Shown here one piece after another: positions 1-13,310 of a stretch of 64,000 nt of DNA. The translations under genes were made by a program, and so were the position numbers. This stretch comes from Heterodontus francisci (Eukaryota): assembly GCF_036365525.1 (NCBI RefSeq), contig NC_090375.1, forward strand, positions 34,281,282-34,345,281, given 5' to 3'. The notes under the pieces are model-generated. The model saw nothing but the letters and a program-made list of their open reading frames with translations. It ran no database searches and was not told the origin of the DNA. Each line of letters starts with the position of its first letter. Within the stretch, counting starts at the first letter, position 1.

Positions 1-117
1 GCCGCCGGCCCCAGGTCAAGGTACAGCGGTCACTTGCAGAACCTATCAAAGGAGTGAAGATCAATCCCAGGATTGGGCTAAGGAACCAGGTGAGGCTGTA
101 GTATTGTTCTGGAAGAC
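1..117 (-). CDS. SLC45A4: SLC45A4 second coding exon (partial, continues past window start)
   Basis: Reverse complement reads ttgttcttacAG|GT CTT CCA GAA CAA TAC..., translating (G)[38 protein letters not shown], the SLC45/sucrose-transporter-like 'SDRC..WGRRRP' region; phase-1 acceptor (AG 119-118) matches the phase-1 donor at 13311. Not in the supplied ORF track. Confidence 0.95.
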
Positions 118-1177
118 CTGTAAGAACAAATGTGAATCTTCAGATGAAGATATCTTCTGTAAGTGGAAATAAACTATTCAGCAATACAAGTTATACTGCA
201 AGAAATATTCTCATTAAAATTCAAGACTCCATAAGCCAAGTACTGAAGTTATATGTACAGGCCTCCAAATAAGCATCGCAACTCGAATGGAAGTGCAAGG
301 TAAGAATATAGAGATTCAAGTCTGGCCTTAGTAATTGACTTTAATAACTTGAAAATTTAACTTTAGCATCCACTTCCTTTATGACCGGAGATGCTGGCAA
401 TGCAAGATAGATACGTCTGATTCAGACTGTGGGTGGGAGGAAGAGGAGATGGCAAGAAGGGCTGATACTTAGATTGCAGACCTTCATCAGACCACCACTG
501 GTTGGTGGGGTAATTTGCACCCATTTTATCAGCCTGCTGGATTCTTTTCTATTTCAACAGCTTTTCCTGCTTTCATTTCAGCTCTGCCTTTACCCCCATC
601 CCCTCAGCTATTCACATATTTCTATTTAGTATACTGTATTCACTGCTCACAATGTGGTCTCCTCCACATTGAGACCAAATGCAGATTGGGTGACTGCTTT
701 GTGGAACACCTCCGCTCAGTCTGAAAACATGACTGAGTTTCCAGTCGCTTGCCATTTCAACATATTCCCCTGCTCTCATGCTCACATCTCTGTCCTGGGC
801 CTACTGCAGTGTTCCAGTGAACATCAATGCAAGCTCGAAGAACAGCACCTCATTTTTCAATAGGCATGCTACAGTCTATTGGACTGAATATTGAGCTCAA
901 TAATTTCAGAGTATGACTGGCCCTTTATTTTATTCCTTTTTTTTTTAAACCATGTGACTACCTACTGGTTTTTTCATGTTTGTGCTAGGACTGCTCATTA
1001 TTCTGTCATTCACACTCCCTTTGTACTAATGCTTTGTCTTTCATCGCACCATTAGCACACCCTCTTTGCCCCATGATCTTGTCAGTTAATCCTCTGTCCC
1101 ATCACATACCTTCCCTTTTGTTTTTTCCCCCACCCACCTTCTTATTTGCTTAAAACCTCACATTTCTAACCTTTGCC

Positions 1178-1214
1178 AGTTCTGATGAAAGGTCACTGAC
1201 CCGAAACGTTAACT
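1178..1214 (+). ncRNA. Minimal type I hammerhead ribozyme in Penelope pLTR
   Basis: agtt-CTGATGA-aa-ggtc(act)gacc-c-GAAAC-GTT-aact: intact core, stem I agtt/aact, stem II, palindromic ACGT stem III. Confidence 0.8.
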
Positions 1215-1343
1215 CTGCTTCTCTCTCCACAGATGCTGCCAGACCTGCTGAGTATTTCTGCTTCTCTCCACAGATGCTGCCAGACCTGCTGAGTATTTCT
1301 GCTTCTCTCTCCACAGATGCTGCCTGACCTGCTGAGTATTTCT
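1215..1343 (+). repeat. Three tandem ~42-bp copies of a pLTR segment
   Basis: ctgcttctct(ct)ccacagatgctgccagacctgctgagtattt repeated three times, near identical. Confidence 0.9.
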
Positions 1344-1794
1344 AACACTGTTTTTATTTCAGATTTCCAGCATCTGTAGTATTTTACTTTGTTTAATTCA
1401 GTTATTCATATGTTCTGTGCTTCAACAGCTAATTTATTTTATTACCCTTCTTCCCACCATCTCATGTATCTGCAGCCATTTAATCATCTGTTTTCATTTT
1501 ATGCACTTTACAGGTCATTCTACTTACCGTGTTTTCCTCTTCCAAATGTTCTTTTTCTTTCTAAAATGCTGTTTTTTTCCAGTTCTGACAAAACTATGTG
1601 TCTGAAATGTCACCTCATCTATCACAGATGTCAACTAAAAGGGGAGTCCAAAATCTCCTTGCTAACCCACAATTCAGCCTCCATACCAATATAAAAAAAA
1701 AATCCATCTTAAACTACAGCTGCAGAATTCATCCACATGACCATAATAGTCGATGGCTAAAGTGCTCTGGGGTTGCAATTCATAAATTGAAGTT

Positions 1795-3137
1795 CCCAGC
1801 ATCACAGATGCTAGACTTCAGCCAATTCGATTCACTCCACGTGATATCAAGAAACGACTGAAGGCACTGGATACTGCAGAGGCTATGGGCCCTGATAATA
1901 TTCCTGCAATAGTACTGAAGACCTGTGCTCCAGAACTTGCCGCGCCCCTAGCCAAGCTGTTCCAGTACAGCTACAACACTGGCATCTACCCGGCAATGTG
2001 GAAAATTGCCCAGGTATGTCCTGTACACAAAAAGCAGGACCAGTCCAAACCTGCCAATTACTGCCCCATCAACCTACTCTCAATCATCAGTAAAGTGATG
2101 GAAGACTGTTGTGGTTGTTGGAGGTCTGAGCTCCAAGACATCACTGCAGCAGTTCCTCAGGGTAGTGTCCTAGGCCCAACCATCTTCAGCTGCTTCATCA
2201 ATGACCTTCCTTCAATCATAAGGTCAGAAGTGGGGATGTTCGCTGATGATTACACAATGTTCAGCACCATTCGTGACTCCTCAGATACTGAAGCAGTCCG
2301 TGTAGAAATGCAGCAAGACCTGGACAATATCCAGGCTTGGGCTGATAAGTGGCAAGTAACATTCACGCCATACAAGTGCCAGGCAATGACCATCTCCAAC
2401 AAGAGAGAATCTAACCATCACCCCTTGACATTCAATGGCATTACCATTGCTGAATCCCCCACTATCACCATCCTAGGGGCTACCACTAACCAGAAACTGA
2501 ACTGGAGTAGCCATATAAATACAGTGGCTACAAGAGCAGGTCAGAGACTAAGAATCCTGTAGCAAGAAACTCACCTCCTGACTCCCCAAAGCCTGTCCAC
2601 CATCTACAAGGCACAAGTCAGGAGTGTGATGGAATACTCTCCATTTGCCTGGATGGGTGCAGCTCGAACAACACTCAAGAAGCTCGACACCATCCAGGAT
2701 AAAGCAGCCCGCTTGATTGGCACCACATCCACAAACATTCACTCCCTCCACCACAGATGCACAGTGGCAGCAGTGTGTACCATCTACAAGATGCACTGTA
2801 GCAATGCACCAAGGCTCCTTAGATAGCACCTTCCAAACCCGCAACCTCTACCAACTAGAAGGACAAGCGCAGCAAATGCATGGGACCACCACCACCTGCA
2901 AGTTCCCCTCCAAGTCACACACCATCCTGACTTGGAACTATGTCGCCATTCCTTCACTGTTGCTGGGTTAAAATCCTGGAACTCCTTCCTAACAGCACTG
3001 TGGGTGTACCTACACCACATGGACTGCAACAATTCAAGGCGGCAGCTCACCACCACCTTCTCAAGGGCAATTAGGGATTGGCAATAAATGCTGGCCTGGC
3101 CAGCGATGCCCACATCCCATGGATGAATGAAAAAAAA
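1795..3137 (+). mobile_element. LINE family B (CR1/L2 group), 5'-truncated, internally deleted RT
   Basis: [35 protein letters not shown] motifs; 3' end gggcaattaggg..gcaataaatgctggcc..cccacatcccat..aaaa. Confidence 0.9.
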
Positions 3138-3659
3138 TAGCAAATCAGAGATCAATTATTCTCAAAATGAAAACTCTCAATAGAGTCATTCTGGGCGCAA
3201 AAGGAAGATGGATTTACTTCTTTGTTTAACGGCAATTTGGAAAAACAAAATTTATCACACAAATTATGAAATTACATACATTGATACCTCACAACTAAAG
3301 AGTCAAAAAAGGTTACTACGTTATTCATGGCTCAAGAGATGCAAATCCACATAAATTCTATAGTCAATCAAGGCTGAGCATCATTAAATTCGTAACAGAC
3401 CTGCTTTTAAAGTGTCCGTGAAGGTTCCAGGTCAGATGATAACTCAAATGACAGCCAAACGAGTTCTGTCTAGTCAATGTAGATCAATCTATGAAAGGTG
3501 GACTTTTAATTTGTTAAAGAAATTCCTGATATTTTAAAAGACCAGAAAAAATTAGCATGACCTTAATGGGCTAACAAATCAAGTGTGAAGAAAAAGAGGC
3601 TAGGACCATAAAAGTTGTCAACAAACTTGATAGGAGGATGAAAACAAGGCGTTCTATTT

Positions 3660-4215
3660 TCTGAATGACTACTTCCTCCAAATAATCAGAGATGAGCAAC
3701 GTAATCTCCTTATACAATGACCTAGGCAAAAAAAATTACTTCAATATAGATGAGATGGACGTTAAAGAGGTAAAAGGGTTCAAAGTAAAAATCCCAAGTG
3801 ACAGATGACATTTAATTGCAGAGTGCTCGACTGGAAATTTGAGGGGCATTGACAATTATAAGGGAGTCAGTAGACACTGGGATGGTATCAGTCGATTGGA
3901 AACAGGATATGGTTTATATTCAGAAAAGGAAAAAGACAGCAATTAAAGAAAAAATATTCCTGCATAAAAGAATGCAATTGATGATTGTAGCATAACTATC
4001 TACTAAATCATAGTCAACATGGATTCAGAATGCAAAGATCCTGTCTAATCAATTGCTGACTTCTTTGAAAAAGTGACAGCTCAAAGTGTGGGAAAACTCA
4101 ATGCATGGCCAAATACCACATGAAAGGCTACTGAGTAATGTGAAAGTTATGAGGATTCAGGTAAAATCTTGAGAATTGACAAGGAACTAGCTGGAGGGAA
4201 GAAACAATGAATGCT
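3660..4215 (+). mobile_element. Heavily decayed CR1 ORF2 fragment
   Basis: Residual 'agtcaacatggattcagaa..agatcctgtctaatcaatt..ttctttgaaaaagtgaca' (SQHGF..RSCL.NL..FFE.VT). Confidence 0.6.
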
Positions 4216-5339
4216 TGAAGTGCTGTTATGCAAGATTATTTTTTCATAACTGTGGTTATCTAGGATTTTATGGCTTTAGGTTTTTCTGTTTGGAGCATGA
4301 GCTGAACTTGTGAAAATACATGGTGAGTTATATATGTACATTCTACATAAAGCAGCAGTTTATCAAAAACCTATTTTTTGCAAATCTTTCATGGTAATTG
4401 CAGTGATTTGATGGAAATGGAGCATTCAAAATGATCACACAGAATCAAAGGGAAAGTCTAATCTTTTACTACAACAGGAAAGCAGTGGGATTTAGTTGAA
4501 ATAGCTTTTCTCAACACTATACACAGGATAAGTGACTGTATTGAGCATCAATTCGCTGACTGAAAACAATAATGTCTGCATAAATTCCATGCTGCAGGAA
4601 AACGCTCATTGTGTTTCTCCAGTTTAGAGAATGACTTGAGCTCAAACTGTCCGGCAGCTTACTCATTACAGAAGTAAAGTCTGGCCATCCAACCTCACAG
4701 CTTGGTTAGAACAATGACAATTTCCCTTGGCCACAAGAAAGGTTGCTTTTCCTGTTGGCTCCTCGATAAATGGCAGGTGGATAGTTCAATCCTACTGGCC
4801 ATGAATGCAACTAGTAATCTGAACAGGAAACAGATGGATGCACCTGTTAGCGTGATAGAGTTTGGCAGAAAACAGGAGGACATTAATTGGAAATTATTTA
4901 TGTACATTGAACTAATTTGTTTATTTAAACAAATTTAGATTTTCTCTCCCTTTCCCATGTTCCTTTTGTTGGGAATGACAACTTATTCATCATCTTCACT
5001 GTTTGATGGCCCGTTTGTACTGAGATTGCCCAGCATATTCAAATGAAGGTACTCAATATATTCAAGTGAGGCACAAGACATGTTTCAATCAAGGCCTTCT
5101 CCTGGATTGGCATCATTCTTCAGAGCAGGCTCCACGAGACTATGAGCAAAGGAAAAAAGGAAGGCTGTGAAGAATGAAAGCAGGAGATTAAATGACAAAA
5201 GGGATGACAGTGCAATGCAAACAGAAATGGAAATGGGACAAGTTAATAAATAAAAGGAGTACTCTAGGAGGTGCAAATGGGAAACTCCGTGTGGAGTCCA
5301 AAAGGAGTTCCTAACCTCTGCCCCCCATTTTCTTTTGAC

Positions 5340-6340
5340 AGCAGCTGTTCGTAATGATTCAGTTTTCCTATTTACACCTCCATTAGGCCCATCTTTGTTG
5401 TTTTTTTAAATCTACTTTTGCTTTGACTTATCTTTCCTTTTTGTCATTTAAACCCTCCTGCCTTCCACCCTACCAGAGGGTTTCTCTTTTGTTCTTTATC
5501 TCCCCCACCCTAAACACACATCTCTGTACTTGCTTAAAACCGGTTACTCTTTTTCCAGTTCTGATGAAAGGTAGTCAACCTGAAACATTTACTCTGGCTG
5601 CAATTTTAAATTGGGCGGGAGGCCCTGCCCACCAGCCAAAAAGTTGGGGGCGGGCCCACCTCCACTGGGCCTGGGAGCTATGCCAGGATTTTATGCCTCC
5701 CAGGCCCTCAATTGGCCTTGAGCAGAACTTTCACCCCACTGAGGCAGGAAGTACCATCTCCAAAAGCTGCTGGCCAATCAGCAGGCTGGCTGATGGGATT
5801 GCAACCAGCCACAGCAACAAGAGGGACTCTGGCCCCAGGTTGAGGGTAAGTTTGAGGGCCCTCGCCGAGGACAATCCATCAGCCAGCTGCTGGCAAGGCG
5901 AGGGAGGGGCATGGGCGCGGAGGGAGCAGTGTTGAGTGGGGGCCACCGGGCCATGGCTTGGAGTCTTTCATGGGGCACAGGAGGCCCTCCCACCATAGCT
6001 CGCAAGGAGACCACCAGGTTTTACTTGTCAGCCTCCTGAGGGACCGGAGCTGCCCGCTGGTAAAATACCAGCGGCAACGGGAGGAAGCCCTCAAGTAACA
6101 GTTAATTGGCTACTTCAGTGCCTTGATTGGCCTGGGGTGGGCAAGCTGTTTCTCACCACCGCCCCTCAAATTTGCAGCAGGGGTGGGAAGGCGTCGGTAA
6201 CAGCACCGCGCCCCCCCTCCCCCTTTGTGGGGAGGAGCGTAAAATTCTGGCCTCTTTCACTCCACAGATATAGCCCAACCTGCTCACCAGTGTTTCAAAT
6301 ATTTTGATTACTTCAGCTGCTGAAGTACTTTGTATTTCCA
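5340..6340 (+). mobile_element. Penelope pLTR fragment (hammerhead-like at 5557-5593) split by a MITE
   Basis: tgcttaaaac..ccagttCTGATGAaaggt..acctGAAAC, resuming at 6253 with tctttcactccacagat..acctgct. Confidence 0.7.
5596..6252. mobile_element. GC-rich non-autonomous DNA transposon (MITE, possibly PIF/Harbinger-like)
   Basis: Imperfect TIRs ggctgcaattttaa / gtaaaattctggcc; possible 3-bp TSD tct; interrupts a Penelope pLTR. Confidence 0.65.
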
Positions 6341-6564
6341 TAAGTTTTTGTTTAGGACCATTATTTGGTAGATTACAATTCTCCTCGTTACTCGCCCAAA
6401 AAAATGCTGGAAATCCAAAATTAGAATGACTGCTGATGGTTTTCAGCAGTCAGTTAGCATCTGTGAAAGGTTCAGATGAGATAATGCCCCAAATTTTCCT
6501 AAAGACATTCACCTCGCTATGGTGCGGGGACAGTTAACAGGCCTAAAAAGTTAACATGTGTAAT

Positions 6565-7755
6565 GCAACAACTTGTACATTACCTGAAAAGGTGCTATAT
6601 GAAAAAAAAAGTGTCCTAAGGTGCTTCATAGCACGGTTATGAAGGAAAATCTGCCACCAAACCACATATATTAGGGTCAATGGCCAAAAGCTTGGTTGAA
6701 GAGATACGTTTGAAGGAGTATCTTGAGGAAAGAAAGAGAATTCCAGCGCTTAGTACCTAGGCAGCTGAAGGCACAACCAATAGTGAAGCAATTAAAATTA
6801 GGCTACCCATGAGGCCAGAATTAAATATATGAGTGCAGATATGGGGGTTGTGGAGCTGGAGAAAATGAGAGATTGGGAGAACGAGGCCAGGAACTGATTT
6901 GAAAACAAGGTTTGAGAATTACAAAAAAAAAAAATTGTTGCTTGACTGGTAGCTGATGTAAGTCAGTGAGCAGAGGGGTGATGGATGAACGGGACTTAAT
7001 GCGAGTAAGGATACTGGTGGAAAAGCTTTGGATGACCAAACTTAGAGGGTAGCATGTGGGAAGCCTGCATAAGTGCTTTGAAATAGTCAAGTCTATAGGT
7101 TACAAAAGCATGGACAAGGGTTTCAGCACCAGACGAGCTGAGGCAGGAGTCGTGATCTGACAGAAGTGGAAATAAGCGGTCTTAGTGATGGCATGCATAC
7201 CAAGCTCATCTTGCGTCATATATGGCAAAAAGGTTGCAAACAATCTGATTCAGCTTCAGACAGTTGTCAGAGGGAATGAAGTTCGTAGAAGGGACCAAAG
7301 ACAATAGCTTTGGTCTTCATATTCAGTTGGACGAAATTTCTACTCATTCAGTATTGGATGTCTGACAAACAGTTTGATAATTTAAACAGTGGAGGAGGCA
7401 AGAAGTGGGGAGATAGAACTGGGTGTTATCAGCATACATGTGAAAACCAACAGTTTGTTTGCAGATGATGTCATTGAGGGGCAGCATGTAGATTAGAAAT
7501 GGAGGGGGGATGGGGTGCTAAGGATACATCCATGGGGACAGAGGCAACAGTGCAGGGGTGGGAAGGAAGAAGTCATTGCAAATGATACTTTTGCTACAAT
7601 TAGATAAAAATGGAACCAGGCGAATACAGTCACACACAGGTCAACAGTGTACAGGCAGAGGATAGTGTGGTCAATAGTGCCAAAGGCTGCACAGAGGTTG
7701 AGAAGGATAAGGAAGGATAGTTTATCTTTGTCAAAGTCATATATGGCCATTTGAG
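6565..7755 (-). mobile_element. L2 LINE fragment
   Basis: Minus ORFs DKDKLSFLILLNLCAAFGTIDHTIL (LLDLSAAFDTVDH-like) and SSITPLLTDLHQLPVKQ (HITP.L..LHWLP-like). Confidence 0.75.
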
Positions 7756-7844
7756 ATGTCTTTTAGGATTCTTCTTTCTTTCTTTCTTTTGGGCCTCCTT
7801 ATCTCGAGAGACAATGGATACGCGCCTGGAGGTGGTCTTTTAGG

Positions 7845-7962
7845 ATTACATTTCCTACATTCAGACAGTGACTATGCTTCAAACATACTTCATTGGCTGT
7901 ATATCACTTTGGGACATCCTATGGTCATGAAAGGTGTTATATCAATGCAAATCTTTCTTCTT
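7845..7962 (+). mobile_element. DeuSINE/L2-tail-like fragment
   Basis: tttcctacatt..agtgact..cttcaaa..cttcattggctgta..ctttgggacatcct..gaaaggtgttata..aatgcaa; related pieces at ~21125-21180, 41415-41527 (minus), 54395-54500. Confidence 0.55.
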
Positions 7963-7974
7963 TGCCTTATTAGC

Positions 7975-8607
7975 TGTCTGGATTTTGCAGTTCTAGTGAC
8001 AGTGAAGCTGTCAGGTGTTCACCGTCATTACAACTGTGAAACTAAAACTTCTGGCGTCCGTATATGTGCATTTAATTATGGAATTCCAGAAGTTGCTGCT
8101 CCTCCACATAGAAATCTTTTGAAACACGAGTTGACGTGAACTTCCACTTTTACGCTATTAGGCTTTCCGTTAAAAATCCTTGGAAAATTTATGCCTTGTT
8201 GAATGATACGTAACTGGGTTTTTAGTAGCACAAGTAGTTCATAATTACTGCTGACCAACCTTATAAAATTAGTTTTAGATTTGTGGAATGTCACTTTAAA
8301 ACTTATGGAACTCATATCAATAAAGATTGATATTACAGCTTCCAGCTGAGCATGCACCAATCTTTATGTGCAATCTGTAAAATGATTTAAAGAAAATGAA
8401 GAAACTGGTTTGCTGTCTGAAATTCTTCAATGAGTGGCTGCTTAGCCTGCTTAATGACATCACTGTTGCTGGATGCTGGGGCTAGCATATTAATTGGTGC
8501 CAGTAACAAATTAACATAGGGAAGGTTGAAATCCATGCCACAAAAATCACTACTTTGAGCGCAGGAGTGAGGGCCACCACTTGGCTACTAACTGCAAAAT
8601 CTGGGCC
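7975..8607. mobile_element. MITE-like element
   Basis: Terminal inverted repeat gattttgcagtt (7981-7992) / aactgcaaaatc (8590-8601). Confidence 0.6.
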
Positions 8608-9589
8608 ATATATAGAGCGAGAGACTTACGCCATTAGTCTTGATCTACATTTTTCTGGGACATTTCCACCACTATTGTAACACTTATCAAAAACGGAACT
8701 TAATTATACCACAGTCCCCATTAAAAATCAATGGCACTTGTGATTTTCTGAATTAATGCCAGTTTAAGCTGCTACTACTTAAGACTTTTAAAAAAAAAAA
8801 AACTTTGCACCAGAGGGCCCTTGGTGATCAAGCAGCAGTGAGTTATTGCTCAGTTACGGTGCTTTTTCACTTAGCTCAAAGCCAGATACCAAGCTTAATG
8901 TTGCCCTATGGAGATGCTAAATCATTTACTGGGTAGAGTGAAGATTCTAGAAAATCTCAACCGGCTGCCAGAAGAGAATTGAAAAATCAAATTATTTAAA
9001 AATAAAACATCCTGGTCAAGGTCTCCAGTTCCCACCTGACAAATCTATGTTTCAGGAACATCAAGACGATTCTCAAGGACAACAATGACTGTTACATATA
9101 AACGTGGCGGACTCCACTACAGGTATGAGTATGAATGGAGATAGGCTGCTGGTCTTGCCTCACCACTTCTGGGAGGAGAGCCTGCTGAGAGAGATTGAAT
9201 ACTGCTAACTTAGTGTGATCAAATGTATTTATCTCAAATCTGGAATAAAATGGGCATGTTACTTCTTATTCACTGCCATGCTTGCTGCAGCAATTCCAAT
9301 TAAAATGTAGGAAGATTAGAGAGAAAGTTATTGGTGAGGTCAGCGATCAATGGCCAAATTAGTGGGCATCACTGATTTTGCTGTAGTGGGAAAAAAATCT
9401 ATGGACCATCTGAAACATGAACTAGACCGGAGTAGAGGTAACAGGAACAAAAATAGAGTGGGAGAGAAGGCCCAGGGAAGAGCGTCAACCTGAGCAGAAG
9501 CGGCAGTATCTATTTGGCAAATGCGAATCCAAAAACAAAAATAAAAAATAAAATCAGGAAAGGGAACAGAAAGGTGCTTCTGTGATCAC

Positions 9590-10572
9590 AGACGTGACTG
9601 CAGGATGATATGTTCCGGGATGTCACGGAACGGCTGCAGAATATAGAGAGAGAGGGGGGTGGACTTGGGTAGAAAGAGGAGCGATGTCAACAGACAGACT
9701 TCAGGGAGCTAGGAAAGAAAGAAATTAGTAAATGGTGCAGGAGGGAGCTTTAGATTCCTGGGGCATTGCGACCTGTTCTGGGGTAGATAGGACTTGTACA
9801 AGCAGGATGGGTTGAACCTCAACAGGGCTGGGACCAATACCATTGCAGAGAGGTTTGTTTAAACTAGCTTGGCAGGAGAATAGGAAACAAAATATAGATT
9901 CAGGAGAGGGGGAAGCAAAGCTGAAAATGAAAGACAGAAAATTAGTAAGCAAGCATGAAAAGGCAGAGGAAACAAAGACTAGAAAATAGGCAAAGTAGTT
10001 TACTTCAATGCAAGGAATCTGATGAATAAGGCAGATAAGCAGAGAACACAGACAGACACTTGAAGTATACAACAACTATTACTGCAACATGGCTTAAAAG
10101 TGCTCAACATTCCTGGTTCCCGGGATGAGGGATTTTAGCTACACATTGTTAGATTGTAGAAGCTAGGGTTGCTTTCCTTGCAGCAAAGGAAATCGAGGGG
10201 AGGTTTGATAGGAGGTGTACAAGATCACGACAGGTTTAGACAAGGTAGACAAAGAAAAGATGTTCCCATTAGCTGACGGAACAAGGACTAGGGAGAGACA
10301 GATTTAAGGTTTTGGACAAGAGATGGAGGGATGCAAAGAAAAGCTTTTCTTTTTAAAAACTGACTGGTAATGATCTGGAACTCACTGCCTAGGAGGGTGG
10401 TGGAAACAGAGATGATCAATGCTTTCAAAAGGAAATTGGATAGGCACTGGAGGGAAATAAGCTTGTTGGGCTATAGGAATATAAAGTGGGGGGAATGAAA
10501 CTGATGGGATTGCTCTAGAGAGCTGACATGGACTCAATGGGCCAAATCGCCTCCTTCTGTGCTGTAAATGAC
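9590..10572 (+). mobile_element. Internally deleted CR1 (ORF1 esterase remnants joined to ORF2 3' end and tail)
   Basis: RDVTERLQNI.., FWGR*DLYKQDGLNLNRAGTN remnants; tail ggactcaatgggccaaatcgcctccttctgtgctgtaa. Confidence 0.7.
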
Positions 10573-12370
10573 CACCGGTTACCACTGCCACAGCACTTGA
10601 CCTTCCATAATTAATGTCTTATAATTGCTGGCTATGGCAAAAGTTGACTTTAATAGCTGCATTCAATGATGTAGCAGCATATTAACTCACTTTTACTGAA
10701 AATTGAACAAATGCAGCCATGATCAAATGATCAAGACAATGGGATGAACGATTTCATACTAGCAATATAAAAATGGACATGGATAGTAGCATTTTAGTAT
10801 TGAAAGACAATGTTACATCACAGCAGCTGAACAGTCAGTACATTATGAGGCAATACCACCTGCATTAATTCATTTAACCCTATTTCACTCAAGTTACCAG
10901 AATAGAAGAGGAAAAAAAGGTTTTCCCAGCATTGTTCACCCCAATTTATTGTTGAAACGTGATAGGTCAGGGCAACCCTATTTCCATGAACATGTCAGCA
11001 CAGTCACACTGAATACTACTAGGAACTAGATCCTCCACTTTTCCCAGGACAAAGCTGAAGAAATCCAGGAGGGTGGTCTTATGTATTTTTCAGATCTCAG
11101 CCGAGAATCAATGATTTAAGACTATATCTTGTAGGTTGATGTACACCCAAAACAATCAGATGAGGAAGTTCTGGAGAAACTTATTTACTTTAGCATGCGA
11201 TGTTTTGAAATATTTTATTTGAACCAGCTCAATAGACAAAGTTGTAAATAAGTAAATTGATTATAGATTATTTGATAGTGACAGTGGGAGAAAACAAAGT
11301 ATTCCAGTTTTGTTTTTAGAAAGTGAAAATTATACATAAACATTTTTGAAATACCAATTTACCAAATGTTGACAAAAATCAGGAGTGGTCCAAGAGCCAA
11401 AAGATCATTTTTTAAAATTCATTTCATGAGATGTGAGCATCACTGGCAAGGCTAGCATTTGTTGCTCATCCCTAATTGTGATGAGGGGCTGCAAGTGTTT
11501 TTATTTAAAACAACTGTTGAGTTTGTAATACACTTGTCAGCACAATTACAGACCTTACTCTGCAATTCTCATGCAGCATAGAGACAGATTCAGTCAAATG
11601 TCTGGGCCCTACTCTTCTGTGGGCTAAAAATTATATAGCAACTAACTTAGGGGGAAAAAAAAAGTGTGCGCAGGAAAGAATATCAAAGAAAGCAAAAAGT
11701 ATCAGACTAAATTAAGTGGAAGCAATTTAGTTGGATTCATATTTGTTGCAAGTGAATTCACCCTTGCATTTTTCCCACACAGAAAATTTAAAGATTTTCT
11801 AATGTTCATCCTGTTTTCGCAAAAAATTCCAGGAAAATATTAGTACAATTTTAGCCAGAGATCCTTAAAGATACCCACAGACCCATACGATAATGGATAT
11901 CTGAATTACAGGGTAGGAACATAGTCTTGTATTAAGATATTCATTACTGGTTAACTACAAGGTCAGAGCTCATTTTACTATCAATTCCAGATCCAAGATG
12001 CTGCAAAAATGCAGTATTACTGGACTATTTGTTAAGGGAATTTCTCTACTGTATTCATAAGATCCTCTTTAGCAAAGTCACAAAGGCAGCAATTGAGATT
12101 ATGCTATTTGACGAAGCAAACCCAGCTGCTACTCCATTTATTTAAATTACATTTGAAAGATTGTTGGTACTAAAAATACAAGTACTCCCAATAGTGCCAA
12201 TTCTTCTGAGGGCACTCACTATAAACATTAAGCTTCTGTTACATTTAAATTATACTTCTCAATTACCTAGCAATTTACTGTGTTACAATATTATGGAATA
12301 AAGATAGTCAACAAAATCTTACTACACATATTAAATTTAGCAATTATTTATTTATTTATTTTTTAAAAAA

Positions 12371-12688
12371 AGAGATACAGCACTGAAACAGGCCCTTCAG
12401 CCCGAGTCTGTGCCGACCAACCACCCATTTATACTAATCCTACATTAATCCCACGTTCCTACCACACCCCCATCTTCCCTTAATTCCCCTACCTATACTA
12501 GGGGCAATTTACAATGGCCAATTTACCCATCAACCTGCAAGTCTTTGGCTGTGGGAGGAAACCGGAGCACCCGGTGAAAACCCATGCGGTCACAGGGAGA
12601 ACTTGCAAACTCCACACAGGCAGTACCCAGAATTGAACCCGGGTCACTGGAGCTGTGAGGCTGCGGTGCTAACCACTGCGCCACTGTG
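12371..12688 (-). mobile_element. HE1-like tRNA-derived V-SINE
   Basis: A box tggcgcagtgg, B box ggttcaattc, body gtgtggagtttgcaagttctccc, CR1-derived tail gaagggcctgtttcagtgctgtatctct. Confidence 0.9.
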
Positions 12689-13310
12689 ATGATCAGCACC
12701 AATATATAATTGATATCAAGTCAGCAAACACTATACAGAAGATATTGGAAGTAAACAAGCCAATAAACAGTTTCTTTGCTTAATGAATTCAGCAGGTGTT
12801 TGTAGAAATGGGAAATGTTGAAAAATTTGGGTATTCATTAGGAACTATATAAATTGAAATGTATTTTTTTCATAAATATATATGGAAGGAGATGGGATGT
12901 ATAGTTGTGGTCTTTCGAATAGCGGTATTAGGCTGGCTCAAACCTTCAGTTGCTACCCTTAACCCTGGAGGCATAAGTTACATGAAATCTGTAGACAAGA
13001 TAGAGCAACACAAAAATATCACCTGCAAGTTCTTGGAAATTTTGATATGTTTTCTTATTTAAAATGTAAAATTAGTTTCTGAAGAGATATGCATATTTCC
13101 GATAGTCAGGCTGCAGATTTTACTGCATTAAATCAATTGTTCTATTAAATAAAAAGGTAAAAAAAAAAGTGTATGTAGATAGTCAATGCATATTTAAATA
13201 ACTGAGGACACACCAGCTTAGTCCCTGTATTTTGGTCCATATACCTGATCTGAATTATAGAAAGACATTTGCAGAGATATTTTAGTGTTACTTAGGTTCT
13301 TAGCACTCAC

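Larger units (their letters stand above)
600..1392 (+). mobile_element. Penelope-like element 3' fragment (GIY-YIG endonuclease remnant + pseudo-LTR)
   Basis: YLVYCIHCSQCGLLHIETKCRLGDCFVEHLRSV and PVACHFN..HAHISVLGLLQC..KLEEQHLIF are PLE GIY-YIG motifs; followed by hammerhead and the 'cagatgctgccagacctgctgagtatttc' pLTR segment. Confidence 0.85.

Noticed and set aside
1215-1343. CRISPR-like direct repeats
   Set aside because: No spacers, eukaryotic context, unit is Penelope pLTR sequence.
1885-2562. 225-aa RT ORF as a functional or domesticated gene
   Set aside because: Internal deletion removes core RT segments and stops follow; one of several decayed copies.
5423-6094. 170-aa ORF and overlapping ORFs in a GC-rich patch (possible gene or CpG-island promoter)
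   Set aside because: Lies in a TIR-bounded MITE inside a Penelope fragment; no recognisable protein.
7756-8360. 127-aa and 94-aa ORFs
   Set aside because: Span a patchwork of repeat fragments and a MITE; no splice or homology support.
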